64,000 nt of DNA from Fistulifera solaris (GCA_030295235.1 AP026133.1:1178001-1242000); one strand, 5' to 3'. Positions 50,579-63,736 are shown, counted from the first letter of the stretch. Program-made: numbers and translations. Notes: a model not told the origin generated them from the letters alone.

Positions 50579-52349
50579 TTAATGAATGAACCTCTCAAAA
50601 TGTGGGAAACAATCCATTTCATTTTCTGGATTGCATAACTCACCCACATCAGGATTCGGCTGTCCTGTGAGAGATAAGATCCGCTCCCATAAAAGTCCTT
50701 TCGGATCCATCGTCCGTGGACTGGTGGCAACGAGCAAAGGAATCGGAATGTATACGCCGTGACTATTCACTTGACCGACGGAAAAGCCTGTATAGCCGTA
50801 CATGGCCCCGTGTACTGCATTTTGTGCTAGTTCCGTGCAATACACCGAGTCCGCCGCATTGGCAGGTACCGACCGAACCATGTACGAGGGATCAATATAA
50901 CGGACGGTGCATTCGAGTCCCTTGTTCTCAAAGTGATCTTGAATTTGCTTCTTGATGTATTCACCGATCGGTTGTAACTTTTTATTGCCACCCTTGTCTA
51001 TTTCGGAAGACGTGCCTAGGATTTCTTCACCGGCACCTTCGGCGACAGCGACTACGGCATACTTCTTCTCGGCGACTCGCTTCTCCAGAAAGTGCAGAAT
51101 GCCATCTTTCCCTTCCAAGACAATCGGAACTTCCGGTATCAATACGCAATCAACATCTCCACTCCCCAAGGCAGCATATGCCGTCAAATATCCCGCCGAT
51201 CGACCCATCAGTTTCACCCACAGTAATGCCTCTTGGACTAACGCACATACTCTCTGTTTTGGCAGTTCGGATACTGGCTTGCGCCGCTTCGACGCTGCTC
51301 AGGAAACCAAAGGAGCGATCAATATAATCTAGATCATTGTCGATTGTCTTGCAGATTCCCACCACCGCAATATTCCGACTTTGTTGCATACATTCTTGGT
51401 GTATTTTAAAAGCCGCACGGTGCGTTCCGTCGCCTCCAATGACATAAAGCTGCGAAATATCCCTTTCTTGTAGAAATTGAAGAATTTTTTCGGTATCAAA
51501 GCCACCTCGTCCACTCCGAAGAACGGTGCCTCCTTCATGATGAATGTCTTCTACTAGCTCATTCGTAAGAATGATGGGTTCAAAGTCAGCAAGACCCAAA
51601 AATCCTCGAAAGCCTCCTCTTATACCCCACACCTGATTGACGCCATACACACTATAAAGACTGTGCGTCAATTCACGGATCACATTGTTTAAACCAGGAC
51701 AGAGTCCACCGCAGGTAACAATTGCCGCATTGACGGTCGCCGGGTTAAAATGCAGCCGTTCGCGGGGACCGGCACGTACAAAAGCGCGCGACAAAGACAC
51801 CATCCGAGACGTACGAACTGCATCGAGGTAAACGACGTCGTCGTCGTTAAAATACTCATTGTAGTCAAACGCGATGAATTGAGAGAACGAATTGGGGTTT
51901 GAAGAAACCGAAGAGTGATTGCTATTGCGAGCAGCATCCACCTCGGTCTGATTCTGAAAGGCCTTCGGTGGTTGCATCGGAATCGGCTTGAACAACTCGA
52001 CTCGACTGTTGAGAGTATCCATCGAAGGAAATCGATCGCGCAAGGATTCCAGTTTGGCTTTGTAGACTTTCTTCACGATGAGATGCTCTTCGCAACGCGC
52101 TTGAAAGCCAGCCCTCTCTAGCTGCTGCTCTATTTCCGCCAACTCTTCATCGCGACTGACGGTGTCTTCTTGCAGTGAAGAAGCCTGAAGTGTGTATTTG
52201 TTTTTTCCAGAAAGCATAGTTTGTTGTTGTGAATGATGCTGCTTTCGTTCTCGAAAAAGAGGAGAAGTTTGAAACGATGTAACACAGGGGAGAAAAAGGA
52301 TGGAGGATGATTCGAAAGCACAAAAGAAAAATAACAGCGCTGTTCGCAT
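50579..52349 (-). CDS. PFK: 6-phosphofructokinase (plant/protist-like group, GGDG...NDL..DRSFG), plastid presequence; apparent +1 indel in GGG ~51218
   Basis: RAGPR, IVTCGGLCPGLN, IGGDGTHR, KTIDND, KLMGRSAG, YIDPSYMVRS; presequence ending VTS-F. Confidence 0.93.
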
Positions 52350-53433
52350 GTTTACGCGACGAATCTTCTTGAAGGAGGATCGACGAACAAGATCTTGGTT
52401 TGGGTGGTCTCTTATGCCTTACTGGTATGCCTTCGAAGTCGAAACGCGAATGATTATCATCGTCTTCGACGGCCTTCGGCGTATCTTTTCTTGTTGTCGG
52501 AAGAAATTCGCACTATAGAAACTTCCATTTACAAATACTCCGTACTATACTTCAGAGTGTAGACTTGTCATGTCTCGAAATTGCCATTAGAGATTACAGC
52601 GGAGAAAGGTGTTCCTTTGAGTGATTATCGATACCTATACCACACTAACATGATCATCATCAGATACACAATGTTAATCTTAATCACTTATAATGAAACT
52701 ACAGCCAGCTCATCTGCATTGATGTTGTCTCATCCTTAATCCGCTCGTGTCACAGTTCACCGTCAGTCTTGTTTGCTTTGAAGTACAGTCCGACTCCATC
52801 GTAATTTCTAAATAAAAAGGAATTAAATACTAACAATATTGTCATTCAACTTCACTAGCCTATGAACATAGATGAATCACTGGACTCGGATATGATTGCA
52901 ACGACAGTTTTCTTTGTGTATTTACGTTCACGGAATCAGTTTCAATATTTACTACGATGAAGATGTACCTGACTCGTTATTACCCAACTCAGCTTAATTA
53001 CAGTCCCGGGAACGTCCACCTCATCAGGCATCAGATCGTTTTTAGTTCATTATTTTCCGACAATTAACACGCTCTGAATTCAAGCAAAGGCAAAATAATT
53101 GAGTGCAGTTTTGATTTTTTCGGTTATGTTTTCGTAGGATGATTATGTTGAGTTGCAATCGAAAGGCCATCATACTAAAGGATAAATTTAAGCGCGACCT
53201 AAAGCTCCGTTCTCAGAACTTCTGTCTAGGATGCATAGCAGCGAAGCAGGACATAATCTATTGGGGTAATGGAAGTGAAAGCACTGAACCTTAAAGCGTG
53301 CATGCGAATTTAAACGTCGTTACGGACGCATCGCTTGTTGGTCTTTACATTAAACAAAAACAAAAAAGGAACTATATAACCACCCACATTCTCCTGAACG
53401 AGAAAAACGTTTCGAAACAGCAACAACTTGTCA

Positions 53434-56099
53434 TTACGTAAAACCTAGCGAGTCCTCGTTGACATGAGCGTTGCGCCCTCGGAGTAAAGATTCGCTCAGT
53501 GCACGTGGTAACAGATCTTTTCGTGTAATGATACCGACAACTTGATTATTGTGATTGACGACACATAGAAACCGCAAGCCGAGAGTGCGGAACAACCGGT
53601 ACGTGCGTTGGATTGATGCCGTTTCATTGATTGTGTACGGCGCTGTATTCGCGTATGGGCGCAAATCCAACCAGCAGTTGCGATCCTGCTCGCGCAAGTG
53701 CACATCCGAAATTCTAGGATACCTGGGATATGCCTTTTCAATCGTATCCCATTGCACCAAGGGACTCAAACGGCGAGGACCCAATGTGTCTCCATCGTAG
53801 TCTCCTGAAATCACATCCGGCGAACCAAAAGCACGCCTTTGTAGCAGCGTACACAGCATGTAACGACTTGCTGTTCCGTACAAAGTCCCACCACTGGCCA
53901 TATCGACAATGGGGAATGTACCATGGCCGCACTGCTGTAACAAATCGTACACGACTCCTGCTCGTTCCACAGGACGAAGGCATTTAACCTCTGTCGACAT
54001 CACCTGGCCTGCAACAATCTCAGAGCGTTCGGCAATAGGCGGTACGTCGGGTTCAAGGAAAGGAATGTTTTTCAAGTGGATGTGGATGTCGTAAAGACCT
54101 TCATTAAACACATTACCCGTGAATCTGGCAGCCATGAGTGTCAACATAAGCGGCAGTACATACTGCATATCACCTGTCGCTTCCAAAAGGATTACCGTCA
54201 AGCTGATTGTCATGCGGGCCATTCCACCTAATACAGCGGCAGCTCCAATCAATGCGTATGTACCAGAGTCGGCAAAAGTCCCATTAGTATGGTCCAATTT
54301 GTGTAGCAAATGGCCAACCAGTCTCCCAAAAGCCGCCCCCGATAGAAGCGATGGCACGAACAAACCGGAGGGAACAGCAATACCATACGTAATTGTCGCC
54401 ATGGCAATGTAAGGAACGAAGAAAAAGAATAGTGCTCCCGAACTGAATGTTGACATGTCCGATGCACCCGCTTCTCGAAAGTGAAATAACTGTTTAATAG
54501 CAATGTCTGACTCAGTAAAAATCAAACTAGCCACTTCATTGTATTCCTTGCCCGGTACACAACGAAAGGGAACCAAGGCTTCTACTAGATTCTTCTCTTG
54601 GTTCGTCCAGTCCTGCATGTCGGTGGGCAGCTTCGTGCAGCGCCCCCACAGAACAGGCATTAAGAAACTGATGATAGAAACGCCCAGGCTTACACAAAGA
54701 ACTTCTACAAATCGTCTTGACTTGGATTTATTGACTTTCTTCATTCGCCAAATTGTCAAATGCTCGTTGGCTGCATTGAAGACGGCCCCGATCAATCCTC
54801 CCAAACATCCTACCATGGTAAAAAGGATCAACTCCCAAATTGAAAAATTGGATGCCTCTCTGCTAATGGAATTGAATTCTCCAAAGGAAAACATTTTTTC
54901 AATGTTCGCTTGTCCCCAAAGAGAATCGAAGTTTCGAATCCAAAAGAGTGTAGCAAGAGTGGTCATGGCACAGAAAAACGCACGCCTGAATCAAAACACA
55001 AGGAGACATGTTAGATTGCGATTTATGGATCGTATGCAAAACTGCGCGTTCTTTCTCACCAAGTCAATTTGGTACTAAAGTACGAAGAAGCCTCCTCGAG
55101 ACTGAAGAGCACGCCGCCGATCGGACTTCCGAAGGCACTGCAAACACCAGCGGCTGCACCGCAGGCTACAAAATCTCTTTTCTCTCGATCGTTTCGAAAG
55201 TCACTGAATTTGGAAAACGAAGTGTCTCGCCCAAAAAGAGTCGTCTTCCCTTGAGAAATACCCGCGGCGACAACGGAACCTGAATGAACCATGGGGCCTT
55301 CTTTTCCGACCGGCAAACCCGCAGCTACACTGAAGGTGACACCGATGACCTTACAAAAAAGCGTCTTGATCCGAACGACCCGAGGGATATCAATTCCGTT
55401 TAAAAAGCATTTTATTTCCGGAATACCGGAGCCTCCCGAAACAGGCTCAATCCAGACAAAGACGCTGGCAATGGCAGCAAACACCAACTGATAGAGAACA
55501 AAATAAAAGAATGCGGTAAAAAGACTCGGGGCCACGTTCTGATTCAAAGAGGAATGCGAGGCCGCACCGTCGGTCGTTGCATCATCATCAAATTGAAATA
55601 AATCTTGAGCCGTATCATGTGAGACACTACTTGATGGTACAGGAACAGTTAGATATTGATAAACGTGCTCGAACTTTCGCCTAGAGAGACTTCGACAAGC
55701 AATATTGGAAAGAATAGCAACAAGCGCTTGTACGACTCCTATAATGAACGTCAATACCCAGCGCATAAGCGAACGCTTCTTGCCAGTCGTCCACCAGTGT
55801 CCTCGATTGCGGAAATGCAATTGCGCCGTGTAGGCACGCCAGACTTCGCTTTCATCAGGCTCATAGTTGTGCGACTGAATCGTATTGTCTTCCACGAAGC
55901 TATTTCCTGTATCTCCACTGCCGCTGCCGTATCCGTCGCCTCGCAGTGAGGTTGCTCGAAAGCGCAATTGCTGACCTTGATCGTCGCTGTAGCCACTTTT
56001 TAAGCCATTTTCGAATAAATGACCGTTGCTCTCTTCAATAGAGAGACTGTCGTCATCATCGTACTCACCGCCGTTCACGGGAATGTTGTGATAGTCCAT
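53434..56099 (-). CDS. CLC: CLC family Cl-/H+ exchanger (CLC-6/7-like) with two CBS domains; intron 55059-54986
   Basis: GSGIPE, GKEGPMVH, GGVLFSLEE, GLFVP, MARMTISL, EGLYD, LGLRFLCVVN...VVGIITRKDL. Confidence 0.96.
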
Positions 56100-56505
56100 T
56101 GCTTTGTTCCGAATGAGACGCACCGTCAGAAACAAATGAACGAAGTTCTTTCAGACCGTAAGCGAGATTTTTCCTATCGCTCTTTCCTGTCGAAGCGCGC
56201 AGGTTCACGATTTGCTCGACAACAATATGATTCCCCCTGAAAATTGAACCTAGGATTAAAACGGCAGAGCATTATCATCCTCTTCGTCGCGGTGCGAAGT
56301 GCGAAGTGCGAACAAAACGCATTTCGGACGCCTGAATCATCATCATCCGTCACGCACAGCACGTCACCTCTTCTTGATACACTATAATGCGGTACCGGTA
56401 AGTCATTATACACGACCGGAAGACGTATAACGCATAACTAAGGGTTATACTTCTTGATAAATAATTTTAATTGTTTATATTCGACGCCGCTCCATCTGTT
56501 TCTCT

Positions 56506-58084
56506 TTAAGTAGTCTTCTTTGTCAACTGGAACTCCACATTCCATGTGCAAATAGGGAGCCACACCTTCGTTTCCTTTACGACCGATAATTCATAGTTCT
56601 GGAATAGTCGAACCAAGAACACGCGCAACTCTAGCAGTGCGAAATGTTTTCCCAAACAAGAACGACTTCCACCACCGAAGATTGGATAATTGGCTCGACC
56701 TTGGGCTGGATCGACAATGTCGCGGGCTTCTTTGTGATTCCAAATGGTCGGATCATACAATTTGTGATCCTGAGGAAGAAATCGACGAAAATCGAACTCA
56801 AGAGGTCGATATTTGTACTCATTCGGGTCCGTCGCAGCCAAGTAAATGTTATAGAATATTGACGAATCCTTGGGGAACCTGAAATTCTTATAGACCAAGT
56901 CTTGTCGCGTACTGCGTGGGCCTGCAAGCACAGGCGGGTCTACCCTCAGAGTTTCCCAAATGATTGCGTTCAAAATTGGCGCGGACTTTAGCTTTTCCAT
57001 ATCGAGTGATGTCGACTTCGAGAAGAAATTGTTGATTTCTTCTTCGAGTGCAGCTCTAGCCTCCGCATGGTGCGCCAGATGATAAATCACGGACCCCATG
57101 GCACCGGTGGTCGTATCATGCCCCGCGAAAATCAAATTCAACAAGATATCTTTCAATTGAGATCGATCAAAACATAAACCTTCTTCACCGGAAGCATACA
57201 CACATCTCCCTATTACAGTATTCTGTGCTCGATCTGAACCTTCCGGATTCTCCTTTTCGAATTGATCAATTACTTGATCGATAGTGGTCAGAATGCGATC
57301 GCGTGCAGCCATGGCTTGATCAAACGGTGAACCTGGAACACGAACCGTACCCGTTAGAGAAATGAACCCACCCAGCCAGGTCTTGAAGTTGTCGTGAAAC
57401 GTGATGAGCATCTGTTCGTCAACCTTCCCAAAACTCGCAGCAAAAAAACAAACGAAGAGCAAACAGCTTGAAGACGTCGGAGGAAAGAGTTGAAGATGAT
57501 GATAATGCCGACCATTCATTTAGTTGTTCTTGTACTGTCACATCAACAACAACAAGATAGTTCTCTACAAAAGCGGGGCTAAACCAGGGCTGAAAGAATG
57601 ATCGAATTCTTCGATGTTGCTCCCCAAACACGTTCGCTATCGCACCCGGACCCAAAATCGCAGCGACACTGGAAGGCCACGCAGCTTCGACAAATCCTTT
57701 TCGCTCCATCTGGAATAACCAGTGCAAATCGTCTTGTTCTGACACGATGGTGGCGGTGAAGGGAATCGAAACGTGAAAGATCGATCCCCATTTCTTCTTT
57801 CGTTCCGCAGTGAATGCACCGAAATTCATCTTGTTGCCGATGACGAACCAGGGAACTTCACCCATTAAAGGTAGACCGTATCGACCAGGCGGTAAATGAC
57901 GCCGTTGAATAAGTAAAGTTATTTCTTGGAAGAAGCATATTGCCATAAGGACCCCAACGATGGCGCTCCAAGTTAGAAGAGTCCCACTGCTTTGCGCGCA
58001 AGAAAATGCGTAAACACATAGCGCTGAATAAAAGCCGCCTTTCCAGACATGCTCCTGAGCCATTTTGTAATAAGAGACGGACAT
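56506..58084 (-). CDS. Cytochrome P450; apparent indel in A7 at 57441-57447
   Basis: TM anchor plus LPPGRYGLP, I-helix FAGHDTT, ETLR (ExxR), heme motif FGGGSRSCLG. Confidence 0.93.
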
Positions 58085-58238
58085 CGTTCGTAAAAAAAAA
58101 GGAAATGAGATGTTTATTATTACAGTAAACTACCAGGTAGCTTAATGCGTGCTTCAATGCTCATTATTGTTCGCATCTCATCATTCGAATAACGACGACG
58201 AATCATCATGAGAATGAGTGCGAAGTGCGAGAGAAAAA

Positions 58239-58415
58239 GGTACCGGTACCGGTACCAGGAACCGTACCGGGTACCGGTACCCGGTACCGGGGTTCTGTAC
58301 CAGTACGGTACTTGTAAGAAAGCAATGACGTCATCGCCGTTAATTCAGTGAAAAAATCAAAAGACCGCACTGGTACCGGTACCAATTACTACTTTATCCG
58401 TTATACCCTGGTACC
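58239..58415. repeat. GGTACC/GTAC palindrome cluster
   Basis: (GGTACC)3 at 58239-58256; perfect 24-bp palindrome at 58264-58287; TGGTACCGGTACCA at 58371-58384. Confidence 0.85.
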
Positions 58416-59088
58416 TTGTACCTACATGAAATGGCCGCTCACATAAAAAACACGCTCGTTTTTTTGCATTCGACCTTTGCCATTGCTGAGACAAACCTTC
58501 TATTCTCTATGATCATTGCTGGCTTGACTTTGAAACATGAATCGACCAAACGAGCGTCACATCCAAGTGTGATGCGCCGCTTCTGGCCTGTACGCTGGTA
58601 TGTCGTAGAAGGGGAAAAGATATCTTCAGGTGCGTTTCGAGCTTCGCGGGTCGCTTCCGCGGAGCCACTCTAGGATGTTGCATGTGGCTTTTCTGAAGCA
58701 TAAACCCAATACTTTCAAATAATATATATCCCATATGCTAGGCTCATTCCCAGTACATGTCGACCGCTTCTACGGCTTCGCCGCCGCACAAAAACTCCCT
58801 CTTCGCCTCCTTGGGAAGCAAACGACGCGCGAGCCGGTCCTAAATGTTCGCTTCCCAGTGCCTAAATCGACTCCCACGACCGGAAACGACTAAAAAAATC
58901 CGTTTTTCTTTTGCTCGGAGACGTCTTTTCACAATAAGGAGTAATGAATACCATCATAGAAGGTACATGTTCGTCGGCAGTTTCACTGGTGGCTCGTTTT
59001 TGTCGTGTGAAAACGCAAAACGCAGCAACCGTTCGCAATCCACGACACTCACATCAAAGAAGCAACTCTTATCTTTTGTTTTATCATA

Positions 59089-60150
59089 ATGAACGCATCA
59101 TCCCAGCTTATCCGAAGTCAACGAACGAAACGACGAATCGAACAGGCCACAGAGCCCCTGGCCAAGAAGCTAAAGCTTACTGTTGCTATCCTTCCGACGT
59201 TTGCCTTCTATTCTCGTCAAATGTACGATGCTCGTAGCCTTCCTCTTATTACCGGTCATCCAGAGAAAGCCCGGTGGGTATTCGAAATCGATCATCCTGT
59301 CGAAACTCTTCGTGTGCAGCACCCAGGAATGATTTATCTTCACGGCTATCGCAGTGAAGAGTTTCACATCATCGAGGGCGTTTCTGGAGGAACCGACGTT
59401 CCTTACATTGTGGCAACTTGTATGCCCTCCGGGGCGCCTGCTCCAGCGCACGTGTGGGTCAAGGACGCCACCCAGAAGACCCAAGTTTCTCGCATTGTTG
59501 AATTGAGCGAGTTGCCGTTGGAATGGGTTGCCATTGACAGTGATAAGCGAGTTTATGTGTTGCGACCCGTGCATCGCAGCCAACGCGGAAAGAGGGAAAC
59601 AGAGGTGGCATTGATAGAAGCGGCTTTGACTGGTGGTCAGGTAATTGTTCCTGGTCCAGTCGACTACGCTGCAAATCCGTTTTCCGACTTCATCTTTGAG
59701 GTTGCAAATGACGATCTATTTGTTGATGACTGTATTTGGGAGGACTGGTTGAAGAAGCTTCTGCCAAAACTGCAAGATGGGGGAGTCCAGTCCATGGAAG
59801 AATTCTGGACCTCGGGAGATGAAGCAATTTTTGACCGTGTCGTGACATACTGCACCAAGAAGTTTGTCAAGTTCTACAAAGAAGAGTTTGATGTTTCAAA
59901 GCAGCCAGTATTGCACAGTAGCATTGAAAAGGCGTTTTCGGTGCACAAAGCTAATCTGGAAGTTGAGCAACATCGTTTCGATTGTTTCCGTCCTTACTTT
60001 CACGACGTCAAAACGTACAAGATCTATCCCGAAAACGAAATGCTCAAAAAAGTCCTTTTTCGTGATGAATGCGATAAGCTTGCTTACGTCGAAGTAGCTG
60101 GAGTCTTTCCATGTTTTCTCACGCGTCATGAGCAACGATTACTAATGTAG
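59089..60150 (+). CDS. Hypothetical protein
   Basis: Intact 353-aa ORF with globular composition; no family recognised. Confidence 0.6.
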   Translation: MNASSQLIRSQRTKRRIEQATEPLAKKLKLTVAILPTFAFYSRQMYDARSLPLITGHPEKARWVFEIDHPVETLRVQHPGMIYLHGYRSEEFHIIEGVSGGTDVPYIVATCMPSGAPAPAHVWVKDATQKTQVSRIVELSELPLEWVAIDSDKRVYVLRPVHRSQRGKRETEVALIEAALTGGQVIVPGPVDYAANPFSDFIFEVANDDLFVDDCIWEDWLKKLLPKLQDGGVQSMEEFWTSGDEAIFDRVVTYCTKKFVKFYKEEFDVSKQPVLHSSIEKAFSVHKANLEVEQHRFDCFRPYFHDVKTYKIYPENEMLKKVLFRDECDKLAYVEVAGVFPCFLTRHEQRLLM

Positions 60151-60241
60151 TACCCAAGTTGTTTAATGGATTCATCTTATAGTATTTAACACCTAAGAAG
60201 ACAGTTGCTTTAGCGTGTACGTTTCATTTACCATTAATTTT

Positions 60242-61699
60242 TTAGTTTCTATTCCCTTTCTTTTGCGCAATTACCTCTATGTCAATTTCTTCACCACTTT
60301 CTAGCCGTTTCTCCAGATCAATTAAAGTTCCCACTCCATCAATCATTAGATTGATTAGATCTACTTCCGTTTTCCCGAGGGCTTCCAAGTTGGCGATATC
60401 AAACATCCCAGTGTAAGTCTGACTCTGAAACTTCAAAGGGCGAGCTTCTAAGCGAAGACGACGCACCAAGTCATCAAATCCCGGCTTTTGGCCCAAGCGG
60501 ACCAGTTTGACGTATAAGCTGGCTCGGAGTGCTGTACCAATATCTACGGGAGATGCATTGAGGAAACCCAAGTTCGGGTCTTCAACGAAACTGTGCCCTC
60601 GATCGTTCAAGCTCTTTTCGAGACTTCGCACTGCCATCGACAGTCTCGTAAAGACACCCTGAACGTCGCCACCTTTGGCGTTGCTGATAATCCAGAGATG
60701 ATCTTGCGCGTTCACCCACATCATGATGTGCGGCAGATCATTCCACGAATCACAATAAATTCCCCGACCATCCGGCCAATCACGCCCCATACCCGTCGAA
60801 ATTGCAAATTCATCCGGATCGGCAAACAATAATTGTCGTTTCACCAAATCTTCATGTTGATTGTTGGACATTTCCATAAGTGGGACGTAAGAGCCCTGTG
60901 GCCAATCACGACTACAATCGCGCAGCAAACGTTCCACGGCGCGGCGTTCACTTCGACCAATGCAGGGAGCAAACTTAAAACCATCCAATGATCTCGCTAA
61001 ACGCATGCGCGTATACAAAATGTACGCTCCATCCAAGCGACGCTGTGAAAGTCCCTGTACATCCAAGTTCGTGCGGTGTCTTCTCAATCGCGCCCGATGC
61101 AGCGCTTTGTGATGAGCCTCAATGAGAGGCGAGAGTAACACGGAAAATGTTGTGTACGATTCTTTTTAATTGAAGAAATAAATTGTTTTTTTTTGTTTTG
61201 TGGTTTACAAAAGAAAGTGAGACATCGATGCCGTACATGATGGATTAAGAAAAAGTGCACGTACCACGTACCAGCATCTCCAGCGTAAACACCGGCTATT
61301 CCCCGCGGCGGACGAGCACCCCAAGGCAAAGCGATTCCTCCTTGAATAAGATCTTCCAGTTTGACTCCAGAGGCTGTTTGTTTATCTTTGAGTTCCTCGT
61401 AAACGTCCGGCGTCAGATACTTTTTCAGCAACGAGTTTGGCCCGTGGCGCGTTAAATTCGGGAAGGAATCACCATGATCGTACAAGTAATTATCCGTTTT
61501 CTTTCCGTTCGGTGTTTCATATGTTTGATTACCAGCAATTGTTTGCATAGTATGCTCCAAGGAAGAAGCAGGAGGTTGAGAAATCGTCTCACATTGTACA
61601 CGACGATCTTTTTTCTTGTTGTATCCAACATCCAACAGCCAAGGTGCTTCCCAGTGCACGAACTGACGCTGCAGCAATACGCGAGGCTAAAAAGGACAT
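60242..61699 (-). CDS. ATP:guanido phosphotransferase (arginine/creatine kinase-like), atypical active site; intron 61271-61162; apparent indel in A6 ~61612
   Basis: SLLKKYLTPDVYEELKDKQT, GVYAGDA|ESY, RMRLARSLDG, RDWPDGRGIY, WVNAQDH, GGDVQGVFTRL, GTALRAS, FDIAN, LGKTEV; mitochondrial-like N-terminus MSFLASRIAAASVRALG. Confidence 0.9.
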
Positions 61700-62156
61700 A
61701 CTATTGATTTAATTGTAAAAATGACGGTTGATGATTCGAGGAATGAATTAGCATTGAAATAAAGCATTTTTTGGTTGCGTCTTGTCGGTGTCGACGTAGT
61801 AAAAAGTGTAGCAGACACATTTTATGTCTGACGTCCGCTTGTGACAGCAGAAGAGTACTCTTCGAACTACAGTGAACAAACTATAATGCACTTCGTACCG
61901 GTTCTTAACATAATATTGTGACTTATGCTAAATGTCGCAGAGTGACGGACTCCTCGTCGAAAAAGTCCTCGCAAAATTTCATGCCAATACTGGTACTGTG
62001 GAACAAGCAGTCAAAATTTCATGCCAAGAAAAGCAATGCAAACATGCAAACACGCGTTCATTCGATGCATCCACAACAACGTGAAGAACCGTCATTGCAG
62101 TCGCAAATAATAACAACATCTCCTTCTATTCTCTGTTTGATTAACAACGTGCTACA

Positions 62157-63056
62157 ATGGCTCCAGGCTTTCCTCTCGCCGGTGACGATTCGGGAAACAA
62201 TGACGAGTGGACGACAAACCTTCGACTCGTCGCCGATTTCAAGAAAGCTAACGGTCATTCTAATGTACCGCGCATCGGAGCGACCGAGAAGCTGGGCAAA
62301 TGGGTCTTGGAACAGCGGCTTCGCGCGACAGAATTGCTGGATCTTCTGTATGATGGAGTTCCGGTGGATGGGCGATCCCGTGACAAACCGAAATATCCCA
62401 ACGGTACGCGGATGAGAAAGCTATTCTACTCCAACACAGAGCCGGGAAAAGCAGGGGAATATGGAGGGACGGTTGTGCAATTCGATACCGTAGAAGAAGA
62501 GGGCGGAGGCGCTGTACGGGCATACATGATTCATTATGATGACGGGGATCGCGAACACATGACGACAGGGGAACTAGACAAGTACGTTGATCCGCCGAAA
62601 ACCAAGAAGTCCGAGCGAAGCGAAGAAAAGGGGAACCTATCGAAGAAACTATCAAAGCCCAAGAGTGTTCGATTTGATGATCCCAATTCGAAGGGCGCGG
62701 CAAAGACGGTTGGTGCTTCGGCGCAGGTCCCCGGGAGTGCGAAAGAAAACAATGCTGTGCCTTCGAAAAGCAGCAAAACATTCCGGGATGAAGAAAAGGA
62801 GAACTGGTCTAAGCAAAGTAAGCGTCGGGGTACTTTGGATACAGATGCTACTGGTAAAGTTGTTGGTGTCTTGGACACTATTCCCGAAAACACTACTGCA
62901 CGTTTAGAGCGGGCCCATTGTGTCTCGTCAGTGAGCGCGGTAGCCCCAAACACTACGCCGTTGAAACGTAAGAAAAAGTCTAAGCGAAGTCAAGAAAACA
63001 TGGTCTTGTCGAACCGGTCGAATGGTCAGGACGCATCGGTTGAAGATCCTAGTTGA
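62157..63056 (+). CDS. Hypothetical nuclear protein with a helicase-associated (HA)-like domain and a Tudor-like domain
   Basis: W...LVADFKKANGHSNVP...KLGKWVLEQR (HA-like); GTRMRKLF...YGGTVV...YMIHYDDGDREHM (Tudor-like); basic NLS-like KRKKKSKR. Confidence 0.7.
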   Translation: MAPGFPLAGDDSGNNDEWTTNLRLVADFKKANGHSNVPRIGATEKLGKWVLEQRLRATELLDLLYDGVPVDGRSRDKPKYPNGTRMRKLFYSNTEPGKAGEYGGTVVQFDTVEEEGGGAVRAYMIHYDDGDREHMTTGELDKYVDPPKTKKSERSEEKGNLSKKLSKPKSVRFDDPNSKGAAKTVGASAQVPGSAKENNAVPSKSSKTFRDEEKENWSKQSKRRGTLDTDATGKVVGVLDTIPENTTARLERAHCVSSVSAVAPNTTPLKRKKKSKRSQENMVLSNRSNGQDASVEDPS

Positions 63057-63736
63057 TGGGTGCACCACCAAATACTTCCGTTCCAAAGCGGACACGATCT
63101 ACCGCAAACCCTTTGTAATAGAGAACTTTTGAGTCCACTTATTGACTTATTCATGTATCTAGGCTTTTATATAACGTAGTGTGCCTTAGTCGAGGTTCAC
63201 TCCAGCAAGTAGCCATCAATCGTTTGATGTGCATGTGAGGATCCCTTGCAGGCGCCGCGTCTTCCTATAACGTTCAATGGTCACTTTAACAAAACTATGG
63301 CCAATCAAAGATGGATGAGTAGATTAGCACGAGTGTCGTTCAAAACTTGTTGAGTAATAAAATCCTTTTACGTAGGAAAAGTGAAGATGGATATGCATGC
63401 TTCGGACCTTTCTTGAAAGGTCTCGAGTGCGTCAATTCGCGCTCGCACTTCCAATCAGCTTTAATTGTTCTGCTTTCAACTTGTAATTCTGTTCGACCCT
63501 TCGGGCCGGCGAAACGAAGGCTTGTTTGTTTTTGAACCGTATCTTTATTCTTCTGAACACCATAAGAGTGAAATTTCTCAGGACGTGGCGGTACGTCTCT
63601 TCAATATCAGTTTCATTTTTTTCTGCCTTCAGCATGGTCCCTGTTGTTAACACAACTACAGGTCAACATTCCCCAATGTTCATACTCGGGCTTGGAGTAA
63701 CAGGAATATAAAATTCTGTCGAACTCTTTTTCTCTT

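Noticed and set aside
1900..61620. Widespread programmed ribosomal frameshifting
   Set aside because: Shifts go in both directions, share no slippery motif and sit in varied homopolymers; sequencing error is simpler.
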